Of a stretch of 64,000 nucleotides of DNA, positions 21,055 through 30,599 are shown in pieces. The notes below the pieces were generated by a model, which saw only the letters and a program-made list of their open reading frames with translations, did not search any database and was not told the DNA's origin. Source of the stretch: a bacterium (GTDB taxonomy: Bacteria > UBA8248); contig OZ253442.1 in NCBI GenBank assembly GCA_965261085.1, positions 2,368,001 to 2,432,000 on the forward strand, in the 5' to 3' direction. Both the position numbers and the translations under genes were made by a program. The first letter of the stretch is position 1. Each line of letters starts with the position of its first letter.

Positions 21055-21327
21055 TCATGCGCGTTGCTCCGCGTATCGCCTCGTCTCTCTTTTATTCGCC
21101 TTGCGCAGGCTGATGATTCGCATGAACGACTCACGGCAGGTGAATACCAGCACGTGGACCCGTTCCTGAATCAAGCCCAAAGCCCAGAAGCGGTGTTCTT
21201 CATACCCGGAGCGCGCATCCTCCTAGACTAAAGCCGTCCGCCAGTCGAATTCCAGGGCAGCGAGAAAATCGACATCGTGCTTGTCAAGATTAGCCTCCCG
21301 TTTATTCTCATCCCATTCGTATTGCAT
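21055..21327 (-). pseudogene. brnT: BrnT family toxin interrupted by an in-frame TAG (codon 35, 21223-21225)
   Basis: Manual translation: MQYEWDENKREANLDKHDVDF...TALV*EDARSGYEEHRF...RIISLRKANKRE; lies directly upstream of brnA; absent from the ORF track. Confidence 0.85.
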
Positions 21328-21480
21328 AGCAAATTGTAACAACAATTATCTGGTTAAGCAAATCGTTTCGCGTGGCGAGAGCGTCCATCATCATCCTGGG
21401 CAGGTGTATTGGTGGCTCAGGTTCTTGTTTGTGGTATGTTGTCCGCATCATCCGCCCACCAAAGCGTTTCGGATATCCGA

Positions 21481-22326
21481 ATGGCCATAAGTACGAAAGC
21501 GCAAGTTCGTAAATCAGGAGCCAAAGCCCGCGCCCGTGATGAGAAGCCGGGGCCCCCTCTCAAATGGGCAGGCGGCAAGCGGTGGCTCATCCCGCACATC
21601 CGGGCCTATTGGGAAAAGCACAGTGACCGCCGTCTCGTGGAGCCTTTCTGCGGGGGGCTGGCCGTAGCGCTCGGTCTCACCCCCGGGAAGGCGCTTTTGA
21701 ACGACATTAACGCCCCGCTCATGAATTTCTACGCCTGGCTGGAAAAGGGTCTCTCAAACGCCCGGCTCGATATGCGAAACGACGCGGATGCCTACTACGC
21801 CCACAGGGAGCGGTTCAACGCGCTTCTCATGAGCGGACGTGGGCGCAACAAGGAGGCGGCGGAGCTTTTCTATTACCTGAACCGCACCGGCTACAACGGC
21901 CTTTGCCGCTTCAACGGCAAGGGTGAGTTCAACGTCCCCTTCGGACGCTACAAGCGAATCAACTATGTGAGAAATTTTCTGGCTTACCGGGAGGTCTTCG
22001 AGAAATGGGAGTTTCGGAACGAAGACTTCGAGACGCTCCCCATTGATCCCGGTGATTTCATCTACGCGGACCCTCCCTATGACGTCCAGTTCACCAAGTA
22101 CGCCAAAGAGGATTTCTCATGGGCGGATCAGGTGCGTCTCGCGGAATTTCTGAGCATGCACGAAGGCCCCGTGGTGCTCTCGAATCAGGCGACGGAAAGA
22201 ATCGTCCGCTTATACGAAGAGACGGGATTCTCGCTTCGATTCCTCGAAGGCCCGCGCCGCATCAGTTGCACCGGGGATCGTTCCCCCGCGCGGGAGGTTT
22301 TGGCCGTGCGGGGAATTGAAATATGA
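21481..22326 (+). CDS. Dam/D12-class N6-adenine DNA methyltransferase
   Basis: LKWAGGK, EPFCGG, NDIN, YADPPY, FNVPFG. Confidence 0.92.
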   Translation: MAISTKAQVRKSGAKARARDEKPGPPLKWAGGKRWLIPHIRAYWEKHSDRRLVEPFCGGLAVALGLTPGKALLNDINAPLMNFYAWLEKGLSNARLDMRNDADAYYAHRERFNALLMSGRGRNKEAAELFYYLNRTGYNGLCRFNGKGEFNVPFGRYKRINYVRNFLAYREVFEKWEFRNEDFETLPIDPGDFIYADPPYDVQFTKYAKEDFSWADQVRLAEFLSMHEGPVVLSNQATERIVRLYEETGFSLRFLEGPRRISCTGDRSPAREVLAVRGIEI

Positions 22327-22745
22327 GTGCTGCGCGCAATACGCGAACAGGCGGCGTCTTGGAAGCGATGGTTCTGCCTGCTCTGGCGAATGGGGGATAC
22401 GGTTACGAAACCCAGGTGCTCATTGGGGAAAGACCTAATGGAAGACGCCACTTCCTGGATGTCTTGGCGAAAGATGATGATGACAATGAATATCTCGTCT
22501 CGCTCAAATGGCAGCAGGTCTCCGGCACCGCCGAGCAAAAAGTACCCTATGAAATTATATGTCTCGCTGAAGCGATACAAAAAGAACCGGACAGAAGAGC
22601 ATATCTTGTCCTGGGTGGTTCCGGGTGGAGTTTGCGTGATTATTTTCTGGCTGGTGGCCTGAACCGTCATTTGGTGCATGCCGATTTAGTCACCTTGATC
22701 GACTTGGAAAACTTTGTTGCTTTAGCTAATCAAGGCAAGTTATAA
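22323..22745 (+). CDS. PD-(D/E)XK nuclease, probable restriction endonuclease partner
   Basis: LDVL...VSLKWQQVSGTAEQK; ATGA overlap with the methylase. Confidence 0.7.
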   Translation: MSAARNTRTGGVLEAMVLPALANGGYGYETQVLIGERPNGRRHFLDVLAKDDDDNEYLVSLKWQQVSGTAEQKVPYEIICLAEAIQKEPDRRAYLVLGGSGWSLRDYFLAGGLNRHLVHADLVTLIDLENFVALANQGKL

Positions 22746-22792
22746 ATTGAGATTACCAACCCCTTGGTGCTCGCCGCCCGTGAGGAAATCGG

Positions 22793-23704
22793 ATGACCAA
22801 CGCCGCTTCGCATGTTGACACGGCGCGGCAGCCGTTGCAGGACATGCTCCCTCGATTGGAGCAGGAAAAATTAAAAAGCCAACCCATCCTCGCGTGCGCG
22901 GGCAACCTCGTTTTCATGAGCGAGCTTCCCGATGAGAGGATGAAGCTCATCGTCACCTCGCCTCCTTACAACTTGGGGAAGGAATACGAATCGAGAACTC
23001 CGCTCGATGCTTACGTCGAGGCGCAGGAGCGGGTGATTCGCGAGTGCGCGCGGTTGCTGCACCCCAAAGGCTCCATCTGCTGGCAGGTCGGCAATTACGT
23101 GAGAAACGGGGAGATTATTCCGCTCGACACCGTTCTCTATCCCGTCTTTCAGGCGCAGGGCCTTAAGCTCCGCAACCGAATCGTCTGGTGTTTCGGCCAC
23201 GGGCTCCACTGCACCAAGCGGCTCTCGGGCAGATACGAAACCATCAACTGGTGGACGAAGGGCGATGATTACACCTGGAACCTCGACCCGATACGGGTTC
23301 CGGCGAAATATCCGGGCAAGAAACACTTCAAGGGACCGAACATCGGCAAACTCTCGGGGAATCCCAAGGGAAAGAACCCGAGCGACGTGTGGGTTTTCCC
23401 GAACGTGAAGAGCAACCATCCGGAAAAAACGATTCACCCCTGCCAGTTCCCCGTCGAGTTAGTGGAGCGCCTTGTTCTCTCCATGACGGATGAGGGCGAT
23501 GCGGTGTTCGACCCCTACATGGGCGTCGGTTCCTCCATCATCGCCGCGCTCATGCACGAGAGATCGGCCTATGGCTGTGACGTTGTTTCGGAATATGTGG
23601 ACATCGCGCTAGACCGGGTGCGTCGGCTTTATTTGGGAACTCTCAAAACGCGCCCGATGGGAAAGCCAATCTACGACCCCGCCAAACCCAACGGTGGGCA
23701 TTAG
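22793..23704 (+). CDS. Beta-class N4-C/N6-A DNA methyltransferase (M.BglII-like)
   Basis: TSPPY precedes HPCQFP and DPYMGVGS. Confidence 0.9.
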   Translation: MTNAASHVDTARQPLQDMLPRLEQEKLKSQPILACAGNLVFMSELPDERMKLIVTSPPYNLGKEYESRTPLDAYVEAQERVIRECARLLHPKGSICWQVGNYVRNGEIIPLDTVLYPVFQAQGLKLRNRIVWCFGHGLHCTKRLSGRYETINWWTKGDDYTWNLDPIRVPAKYPGKKHFKGPNIGKLSGNPKGKNPSDVWVFPNVKSNHPEKTIHPCQFPVELVERLVLSMTDEGDAVFDPYMGVGSSIIAALMHERSAYGCDVVSEYVDIALDRVRRLYLGTLKTRPMGKPIYDPAKPNGGH

Positions 23705-24315
23705 TGCGCATCGAAGCCAGTTATTCGCATCTGAACGGCGAGGAATACCTGCTCGTCCACCGCAAACATCTTTGGGAAGAAGTGAAGGACGTCATTGCGG
23801 AAGTCGACGCTATGGCTTGCCGGACAAAGATATCCAAAGAGAAGACGATGCCTGGCAAGGTGCTGTTCTCGCCGGCCGACATGAATCGCGCGTTCAAGGA
23901 CGGCCTCAAGGATCGCGGCTGGAGCGAGCGCAGAAGCACTTTCTGGCTTACGGCGGATGAAAAGCTCATGCGCGGCATTTATGGTTTGTCAGAAAGTGAG
24001 CAGAAACGAGCGATCGAGAAAGCCGGATACGAACCCATCATGTCTTACAACCAGACTGATTTCGTAAAAGAGCGCGTTGCGGTGGAGGTTCAGTTCGGCA
24101 AGTACGCTTTCGTCGCGCACGATCTGTTCGTAAAGCATCTCAGTTTTTATGTTTCCGACATCATCGACGTGGGAGTGGAGATACTCCCCATGAAGGAACT
24201 GGAGCGGGAGATGTCCTCCGGCGTCGCCTACTATGAGCGGGATTTGCTGAATGTTTTGCGGCAAGGACGTGGGGTTCCCGCAGTTCCTCTGGTGCTTGTG
24301 GGCGTCGCTCCATAA
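23704..24315 (+). CDS. BglII/BstYI family type II restriction endonuclease
   Basis: YSHLNGEE, SKEKT, NQTDFVKERVAVEVQFGKY; coupled to the methylase. Confidence 0.88.
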   Translation: MRIEASYSHLNGEEYLLVHRKHLWEEVKDVIAEVDAMACRTKISKEKTMPGKVLFSPADMNRAFKDGLKDRGWSERRSTFWLTADEKLMRGIYGLSESEQKRAIEKAGYEPIMSYNQTDFVKERVAVEVQFGKYAFVAHDLFVKHLSFYVSDIIDVGVEILPMKELEREMSSGVAYYERDLLNVLRQGRGVPAVPLVLVGVAP

Positions 24316-24330
24316 CCCGACAAACGCCCC

Positions 24331-24993
24331 CTACTCACTCCCTTCCTGAAACGCGATGCGCTCGCCGGGGGGTTCCACCACGAGATGAAGAGCCTCGGCC
24401 ACGCGCCCCGTCAGGTTCCAAAGCCCGCAGATGAGGGTCAGGGATACGAGTTGCTCGGTGGAAAAATGTTTCTTCATCGCCCCAAACGCCGCGTCGTTCC
24501 CCTTGGCCGTCAGGTTCGTTACTTCCTCCGCCCAGCAGATGGCGGCTTTTTCCTTCTCGTTGAACAGCTCGCTGTCCCGCCAGCCGTCGCCCTCCAATAG
24601 ATTGATTTTCTCCTGCGCGATACCCTGAGCCCGACCGAGCTCGACGTTGTGCCCGAGTCAGTTATTGCATTCGGTGAGAATGGCCGTCTTGATGATGACG
24701 AGCTGGGCCATGTGGAGGTATTCAGGGTCGGTTTTCTGGTGCTGTACCCGGAGTTTGCCGTCCATGATCTGCCAGCCCTCGACGAAGCCGGGCGCCCAGC
24801 CGAGCAGGCGCAAAAAGCGCGACACCTTGCCCCAGCGCTTCACGCCGCGCTCATAGAGGGGGGCGAGTTCCGCGGCCAGGTGTTCGGGAATGTCGTCGGG
24901 GTCGATGAGCGGGACCCGGGGAAGGGGGCAGGCCATCATCTCCTCGGTGACGCCCATGTCCTGCGCAAGGCCGGTGGCTTCGTTTATCGGCAT
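24331..24993 (-). CDS. AhpD/carboxymuconolactone decarboxylase-family protein with in-frame UGA (probable selenocysteine, CxxU)
   Basis: Track ORFs 24658..25185 and 24331..24597 are in the same frame; read-through gives ECNN-U-LGHN...FNEKEKAAICWAEEVT; GAGCUC-GGUC-GGGCUC hairpin just 3' of the UGA; AAGGA SD before ATG 24993. Confidence 0.8.
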
Positions 24994-25130
24994 GATGAGA
25001 TTCCTTTTCTGGTGAAACGTGAACAGATGAGAGTGAGGGCGCATTTTCGCGTAAGGGGGAGAGGGGATCAATGGGGGAGGGGGAGCGTCGCGTTTTTGAA
25101 AGTACGTTTTAATTGAGTGTTCCATTTCAA

Positions 25131-25364
25131 AATCACTCCCCCCTTGAGGATCAATCCCGATTGAAGAATGAGGGATTGTCGGCAAGGCGAGGACGGAAAG
25201 TCCGCAGCCGAGCCGGTGGGGGGTCTATTCCGAACGAGGAGCGAGAATTTCCGACCGAAGCTTTCTTCATCCGCAAGCAATCGCTCCTTCATCAGACCCC
25301 CCACGCATCAGCCTTCGCACAAACCGCTCGGCTTCTGCTACTCCCCCTCAAGGGGGGAGTGATT
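25131..25364. mobile_element. MITE-like non-autonomous repeat with 19-bp terminal inverted repeats
   Basis: AATCACTCCCCCCTTGAGG (25131-25149) and CCTCAAGGGGGGAGTGATT (25346-25364), plus an inner GTGGGGGGTCT/AGACCCCCCAC pair. Confidence 0.65.
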
Positions 25365-25413
25365 AAATCCTAAGGAGGAGAATCTCTAGCTAGCGATGAT
25401 TTGAGTTTTCTGT

Positions 25414-25758
25414 TCAGCCATTGCCGTCCGGGAATGCCACGCCGGCGTAGGGGAGGTAGTGGCAGGAAATGCAGCCGTTGGCGTTCGCGGCCGGAATGCG
25501 CTTGAAATGCTCGGGCGTCATCCGCCGCTTGCGCGGGCTGTCTTTCCCGGTCTGCCCCGGCCTGCCGACCACATCGAGAGAGTTGAAGCTTGCGGTGAGG
25601 ACCTCGCGGCGGTGCGCCATGGGCTCTTTCATCGTGAACCTACCGTCCTCGATGATGGGCGTGGGAGCATCCCCGGCGAGGATGTCGGCTCCGGGGAAAA
25701 GGGCGCCCGCGAGCCACGTGAGGAAGAGGAAGCATCCGAGAAGCAAGATTTTTTTCAT
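25414..25758 (-). CDS. Small exported protein with one CxxCH; possibly a truncated di-heme oxidoreductase
   Basis: Signal peptide MKKILLLG, ANANGCISCH; GGAGG SD. Confidence 0.5.
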   Translation of the reverse strand: MKKILLLGCFLFLTWLAGALFPGADILAGDAPTPIIEDGRFTMKEPMAHRREVLTASFNSLDVVGRPGQTGKDSPRKRRMTPEHFKRIPAANANGCISCHYLPYAGVAFPDGNG

Positions 25759-25916
25759 GGCGTATCCTCCCGTGTTGCGGCCCTCCACGCCATGATTAGG
25801 CAGCGGCCTGGAGATAATGGCCGCCTATGCTTCCAATATCGTCCTCCCCACTGCTCCGCGCAAGGGGGGTATGTACGATTCAAATCGTTTTCAGGGGGAG
25901 TTTGTTTGCTTTTGGT

Positions 25917-25999
25917 CGTCATTCCGCAGTGCTTGAATGCGGAATCCAAAACCGATGCATTTTTCATCAGCCTGGATTCCGGCATGCGCCGGAATGACG
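25917..25999. repeat. REP-like palindromic element
   Basis: CGTCATTCCG...CGGAATCCA...TGGATTCCGGC..GCCGGAATGACG double hairpin. Confidence 0.6.
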
Positions 26000-26198
26000 G
26001 GCAAAGACATAAATCAAATAAATCAATCCGACATCGATGCGCCTGAATGCGCTATTGTATTATAACTATATGTTTTATTTGCTTATATTTCTTATTTTCG
26101 ATTTAAGACCTCTTGCATTTTCGCCACATTCATGCTTGAATGCGCTCCTGTTTGATACCGCTCGTATGCGTTTTGATTACGAATATTCAGGAGGGCGC

Positions 26199-27374
26199 AT
26201 GCCGAAAAGAAGCGAGTTCAAGCTCCTCAAGCGAGCCGTCGACGCGCTCGAAGTCGAAGGGAAGGATGCGGTCTTCTGGGACCGGGACTTGGCCGGCTTC
26301 GGGGTGCGGGTCCACCCCACGGGCAAGAAGGTCTACGTGGTGCAGTCCCGGGGGCCCGGAGGTCCCAAACGCGTGACGCTCGGCCGGCACGGGGATATCT
26401 CGACCGATGAGGCGAGGAAGCAGGCGGCCTCCGTCATCGACCGCATCAAGCGAGGCGAGGAGCCGAAGCCCGGACCGCCCGAGGCGGAACTCACCGTGGC
26501 CGGACTGGCCGAGCGCTTCATGCGCGTTTATGCCGGGGCGCACTGCAAGCCGGGCACAGTCGCGACGTATCGCTCCATACTGGAGAACCACGTCCTGCGG
26601 GCTCTGGGCTCGATGACGGTAGGCCAGGTCGGAGCAGCCGAGATATCGGCATTGCACCACCGGCTTCGCGAAACGCCGAGGATGGCGAACTCCGTGGTCG
26701 ACGTGCTCTCGCGGATGTTCACGCTGGCGGAAGCGTGGGAACTGACTCCGCCCGGGAGCAACCCGTGCCGGGGGTTGCGCCGCTACAGGATGCGCCCTTG
26801 TGAGCGGTTCCTCACGCCTGAGGAATACCGGCGCCTGGGCCGGGTCTTGGGGGAAACGGAGGGAACGACCTGGCCGCCTGCGGTCACGGCTATCCGGTTG
26901 TTGATGCTGACCGGATGCAGGAGTAGCGAGATACTGAACCTGCGCTGGGACGACGTGGACCGTACGGCGGGCGAGTTGAGGTTGAGGGACACCAAGACGG
27001 GCCCGCGCATGGTTCCCGTGACGGCGGCCGCCCTTGACGTGCTCGACGCGATCCCCCGTTCTCCGGGAATCCCCTGGGTGATCCCCGCACAGAAGGGAAG
27101 GGGCCGCCTCTCGGACCTCTATCACTACTGGCGGCCCATCCGGGCGCAGGCCGGTCTCCACGACGTACGCATCCACGATTTGCGGCATTCCTACGCCAGC
27201 AGGGCGCTGGCGCTGGGCGAGGGCTTACCCGTGATCGGGAGGTTGCTCGGACACAAGGAGGTCGCGACGACGGCGCGCTACGCGCACCTGATTCGCGACG
27301 CCGAGAAGGCCGCGGCGGTCCGGGTGGGCGAGAGCATCGGGGCCCACGTCGCGCGGAACGAAGATGAGGCATGA
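26199..27374 (+). CDS. Tyrosine recombinase/integrase 1 (N-terminal arm-binding domain)
   Basis: FWDRDLAGFGVRV, TGCRSSE, KTG, HDLRH, LGH, TARY; AGGAGG SD. Confidence 0.93.
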   Translation: MPKRSEFKLLKRAVDALEVEGKDAVFWDRDLAGFGVRVHPTGKKVYVVQSRGPGGPKRVTLGRHGDISTDEARKQAASVIDRIKRGEEPKPGPPEAELTVAGLAERFMRVYAGAHCKPGTVATYRSILENHVLRALGSMTVGQVGAAEISALHHRLRETPRMANSVVDVLSRMFTLAEAWELTPPGSNPCRGLRRYRMRPCERFLTPEEYRRLGRVLGETEGTTWPPAVTAIRLLMLTGCRSSEILNLRWDDVDRTAGELRLRDTKTGPRMVPVTAAALDVLDAIPRSPGIPWVIPAQKGRGRLSDLYHYWRPIRAQAGLHDVRIHDLRHSYASRALALGEGLPVIGRLLGHKEVATTARYAHLIRDAEKAAAVRVGESIGAHVARNEDEA

Positions 27375-27387
27375 GGGAGGAATGGAC

Positions 27388-28584
27388 ATGACGAAGCTCG
27401 CATACAGGACGCTCTCGAACCGGATGGTAGGGAAGCTTACGGTCGAAAAAGATACCGTATTCTGGGACAGGGAGCTCACCGGCTTCGGTGTGAGGGTCTA
27501 TCCCACGGGGAGTAAGGTGTACATCGCGCAGGCGCGGGGACCGGAGGGTCCCAAACGTGTGGCGGTTGGCCGCCAGGGGGTGATCCATGCGGAGGAGGCG
27601 CGCAAGCGGGCCGCCCTCATCATCTCCCGGATCAAGGCGGGTGAGGCGCCCGTGCCCGAACCATTGATACCCGCCGGCGGGCCGAGCGTGGCCGAATTCG
27701 CTGCGCGGTATCTCACGGAATACGTCTCGGTGCGGTGTAAACCGCGCACCGTAAAACTGGCCCGCTCCGTGGTCCACAGGCACATCGCGCCGGCCCTGGG
27801 CAGGATGCCTCTCGCGGCGGTCGAACGCGCGCAGGTGGCGGAGCTCCACCAGAAACTGTACGAGACGCCTGCGATTGCGAACGCCGTGGTCGGCGCTCTG
27901 TCTTCGATGTACAAACTGGCCGAGGGCTGGGGACTGGTCCCCGAGGGAGTGAACCCCTGCCGCTCCCTCGTCAAATACCCCGGACGCAGGCGGGAGCGGT
28001 TCCTGACGGAGGCGGAGTTTATGCGCTTAGGGAGCGTACTGGACAACGTCGAAGCGAAGGGCGTCGCGTCGGCGCCAGCAGTGGCGGCGATCAGGCTCTT
28101 GATACTGACCGGGTGCCGGAAGTCGGAGATCCTCACCCTTCGCTGGGAAGACGTGGCGCCGGATGAGAACGAACTGAGACTGCCCGACACGAAGACGGGC
28201 GCGCGGGCGGTCTCGCTCTCGCCCCCAGCGGTCAAGCTCCTCGCCGGTCTCCCGCGCTTCCCCGGAAACCCCTGGGTCATACCCGGCAGGAAGCCGGGCG
28301 GGCGCCTGAGCAGCCTCGATTACGTCTGGCGAATCATCCGCGAGCAAGCGGGCCTGGAAGACGTCCGGATCCACGATTTGAGACACTCCTACGCCAGCCG
28401 CGCCCTGGCTCTGGGCGAGTCCCTCCCGATGATCGGGAAGTTGTTGGGCCACAGCCAGATACAGACCACGGCGCGCTATGCGCATCTGGCGCGCGACTCG
28501 GTGAAAGAGGCCGCAGAGCGCATCGCCGCGAGCATCGCGATTGACATTCTGGGTGAAGACTGGAGGCATGCTTCCGTTTCATGA
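27388..28584 (+). CDS. Tyrosine recombinase/integrase 2, tandem paralog
   Basis: Same motif set (TGCRKSE, HDLRH, LGH, TARY); start 27382 or 27388. Confidence 0.93.
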   Translation: MTKLAYRTLSNRMVGKLTVEKDTVFWDRELTGFGVRVYPTGSKVYIAQARGPEGPKRVAVGRQGVIHAEEARKRAALIISRIKAGEAPVPEPLIPAGGPSVAEFAARYLTEYVSVRCKPRTVKLARSVVHRHIAPALGRMPLAAVERAQVAELHQKLYETPAIANAVVGALSSMYKLAEGWGLVPEGVNPCRSLVKYPGRRRERFLTEAEFMRLGSVLDNVEAKGVASAPAVAAIRLLILTGCRKSEILTLRWEDVAPDENELRLPDTKTGARAVSLSPPAVKLLAGLPRFPGNPWVIPGRKPGGRLSSLDYVWRIIREQAGLEDVRIHDLRHSYASRALALGESLPMIGKLLGHSQIQTTARYAHLARDSVKEAAERIAASIAIDILGEDWRHASVS

Positions 28585-28762
28585 TCTTCGCCATTCCTAC
28601 GCCAGCCGCGCCCTGGCCCTGGGCGAGTCCCTTCCCATGATCGGACGTTTGCTGGGCCACAGACAGATCGAGACCACGGCGCGATACGCGCACCTGGCGC
28701 GGGATTCGGCGCAGGAGGCCGCGGAACGGGTCGCCGCGAGCATCGCGGTGGACTTGCTGTAG
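28580..28762 (+). pseudogene. Integrase 3'-end fragment starting at HDLRH
   Basis: [43 protein letters not shown]...DLL*; overlaps the integrase 2 stop. Confidence 0.9.
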
Positions 28763-28813
28763 GGCGCCGGGCGTAACTCCCGAGAAACCCGGTCGATGAT
28801 GAATGCGATTTTC

Positions 28814-29125
28814 CTATATCTCCATCCCTCGGGCCGATCGGATCTTCTCCATCGCCGACCGCCACCCTTCACCCGAATGTAGCGTTTCGGTCGGCTTCTC
28901 CGCCCCGAAGCTCCCGGCCTTGCCCGCTCCGAACGCCTCCAGTGCCGCTATACACTCCCCCGTCGCGGCTTCCAACCGCTCGCACAGGGTCTTCGCGTCG
29001 TCCGTCAAGAGTTCCGCCCGGTCCCGGGCGCGGCTGATCTCGACGTAGAGCGTCTTCTGGTTGGTGAGGTCGGGGTGGTTCGCCTCCATCGCTGCGATGA
29101 CGGTGTCGACCGTGCGGCCCATCAT
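28814..29125 (-). pseudogene. C-terminal remnant of a TrwC/TraI-type conjugative relaxase-helicase
   Basis: GRTVDTVIAAMEANHPDLTNQKTLYVEISRARDRAELLTDD (helicase motif V/VI region). Confidence 0.75.
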
Positions 29126-29236
29126 CTTCCACAAGCTCAATCGCGACCCCGCCGTCGCCGCCGGCCACCACCCTGACCTGGGTGGTGGGGACGGCAATAC
29201 AGGCTAAGAAGGGGTCGGGGGAAGTCGCTCAAGCCG

Positions 29237-30406
29237 CTACTGTAACGCGCAGCCTTTGCGCTCCCGGCGCAGGCAGCCGAGGTTGCGATGGAACACTTCT
29301 GCCTGCGCTCGCGCGAAGCCGGCCGGGCCGGAGCCGTTCTCCCGGCTGTTCTGATACCGCGCCCAGTCGCCCTCGTTCCCCTCGCGCCAGTAACCGTCGA
29401 GGATCTGCGCGGGCAGGGGCTTGAGCTCGGGCAGGGTGTTGTAGCGGGCCCCGGGTGGGCCGTCGCGGCCGGGCAACCGGCGGCGCTCGCCGAGGAAGCC
29501 GTGGAACGAGTAGAAGGCGTCGGAGCCGGGGAGGAAGGCGAGCTCGTAGTCGACGGTTCGGTCCGGGTCGGTGATGTCGTCCGCCGACATCATCGGGCGC
29601 TTGCCGAAACCCATCATGAAGGCCCTGGCGTCATGGTCCAGAAACCGCACCGCCCGGCGCACCGTCCGTCCCGGAACGTGGGGGTAAAGCTCGTTCGAGC
29701 GGATGGCCACGTCGATGTCGAAGCGTCCGTCGGGCCCGAGCTCCACCGACTCGCCGACCAGGTAGGTGCGCAGGTAGTTGTGCTGCTGCAGGGTCAAGGC
29801 GACGGGACGCCCATCCGCGGCCAGGACCACGAACGCGGCGGTGTAGTGGTCGAGCTGGTGCCAGTCGTCGAGGTCCGCCACCAGCCGAAGCGGGATGGCC
29901 GCGGCCAGGGACAACCCCGCCGGCAGGCCGCTCACCCGGAACGCCAGGTGGTAGGTGAGGACGGTGAATTCCTCGGCCGGCCGGTCCGGTTCCTCCGTCG
30001 CCCACAGGCCTGTGCGCTCCACCGTGCCGTAGACGACGGGCCGGGGCTCGACCCCGCCCGGCGCGTGCGTGAACTCGGCGCGGACGTCGTCGCGGTAGCG
30101 GTTCAGGTCACTGGCGGTGGGGCCGTCGATGCGAACGCCGTCGCCCGTTATCAGGTAACCGTGGGCGATGTAGTCGCGGTAGAAGTCGATGGGACCTTCG
30201 TGGCCGGCGGGCAGGTGGAAGCGCGGCGCGTGGCGGCGGGCCAGGGCCTGATCGGCCGGATCGGCGGCGTCGGCCGGAGGGTTGGCCGCGAAATACTCGG
30301 CGAACCCGGGGTGCTGCGAGAAGTTGCGGTCGGCGGCGGCAGAGCCGGCCCTCACGCAGATCAGCAGAAGCCCCGCGAGACAGCCGATCATGTACACGTA
30401 ACGCAT
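29237..30406 (-). CDS. Hypothetical exported protein
   Basis: Signal peptide MRYVYMIGCLAGLLLICVRAGSAAA; long open frame with GC-rich codon bias; no recognised family. Confidence 0.65.
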   Translation of the reverse strand: MRYVYMIGCLAGLLLICVRAGSAAADRNFSQHPGFAEYFAANPPADAADPADQALARRHAPRFHLPAGHEGPIDFYRDYIAHGYLITGDGVRIDGPTASDLNRYRDDVRAEFTHAPGGVEPRPVVYGTVERTGLWATEEPDRPAEEFTVLTYHLAFRVSGLPAGLSLAAAIPLRLVADLDDWHQLDHYTAAFVVLAADGRPVALTLQQHNYLRTYLVGESVELGPDGRFDIDVAIRSNELYPHVPGRTVRRAVRFLDHDARAFMMGFGKRPMMSADDITDPDRTVDYELAFLPGSDAFYSFHGFLGERRRLPGRDGPPGARYNTLPELKPLPAQILDGYWREGNEGDWARYQNSRENGSGPAGFARAQAEVFHRNLGCLRRERKGCALQ

Positions 30407-30599
30407 CACATCACCGCGGAATGCGTGTGAACCCTGGTTTTCGGCCTTCCTGTGCGCGTTTCCCAACTGGTCACTGCGGAATCTGGTGAAGGTCCGAGCC
30501 CAGGTACCGACGCTACAGGCCGCCGCTAAGGTTAACATGTAACGAACAAGCTCGCGTGTGTTTGACGAGCGACGTAAAGGACCGTCGTGATACGCCAAA

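Noticed and set aside
21223-21225. Pyrrolysine or amber recoding in brnT
   Set aside because: TAG is used as a normal stop by many genes here, there is no pyl context, and the position is not a known recoding site
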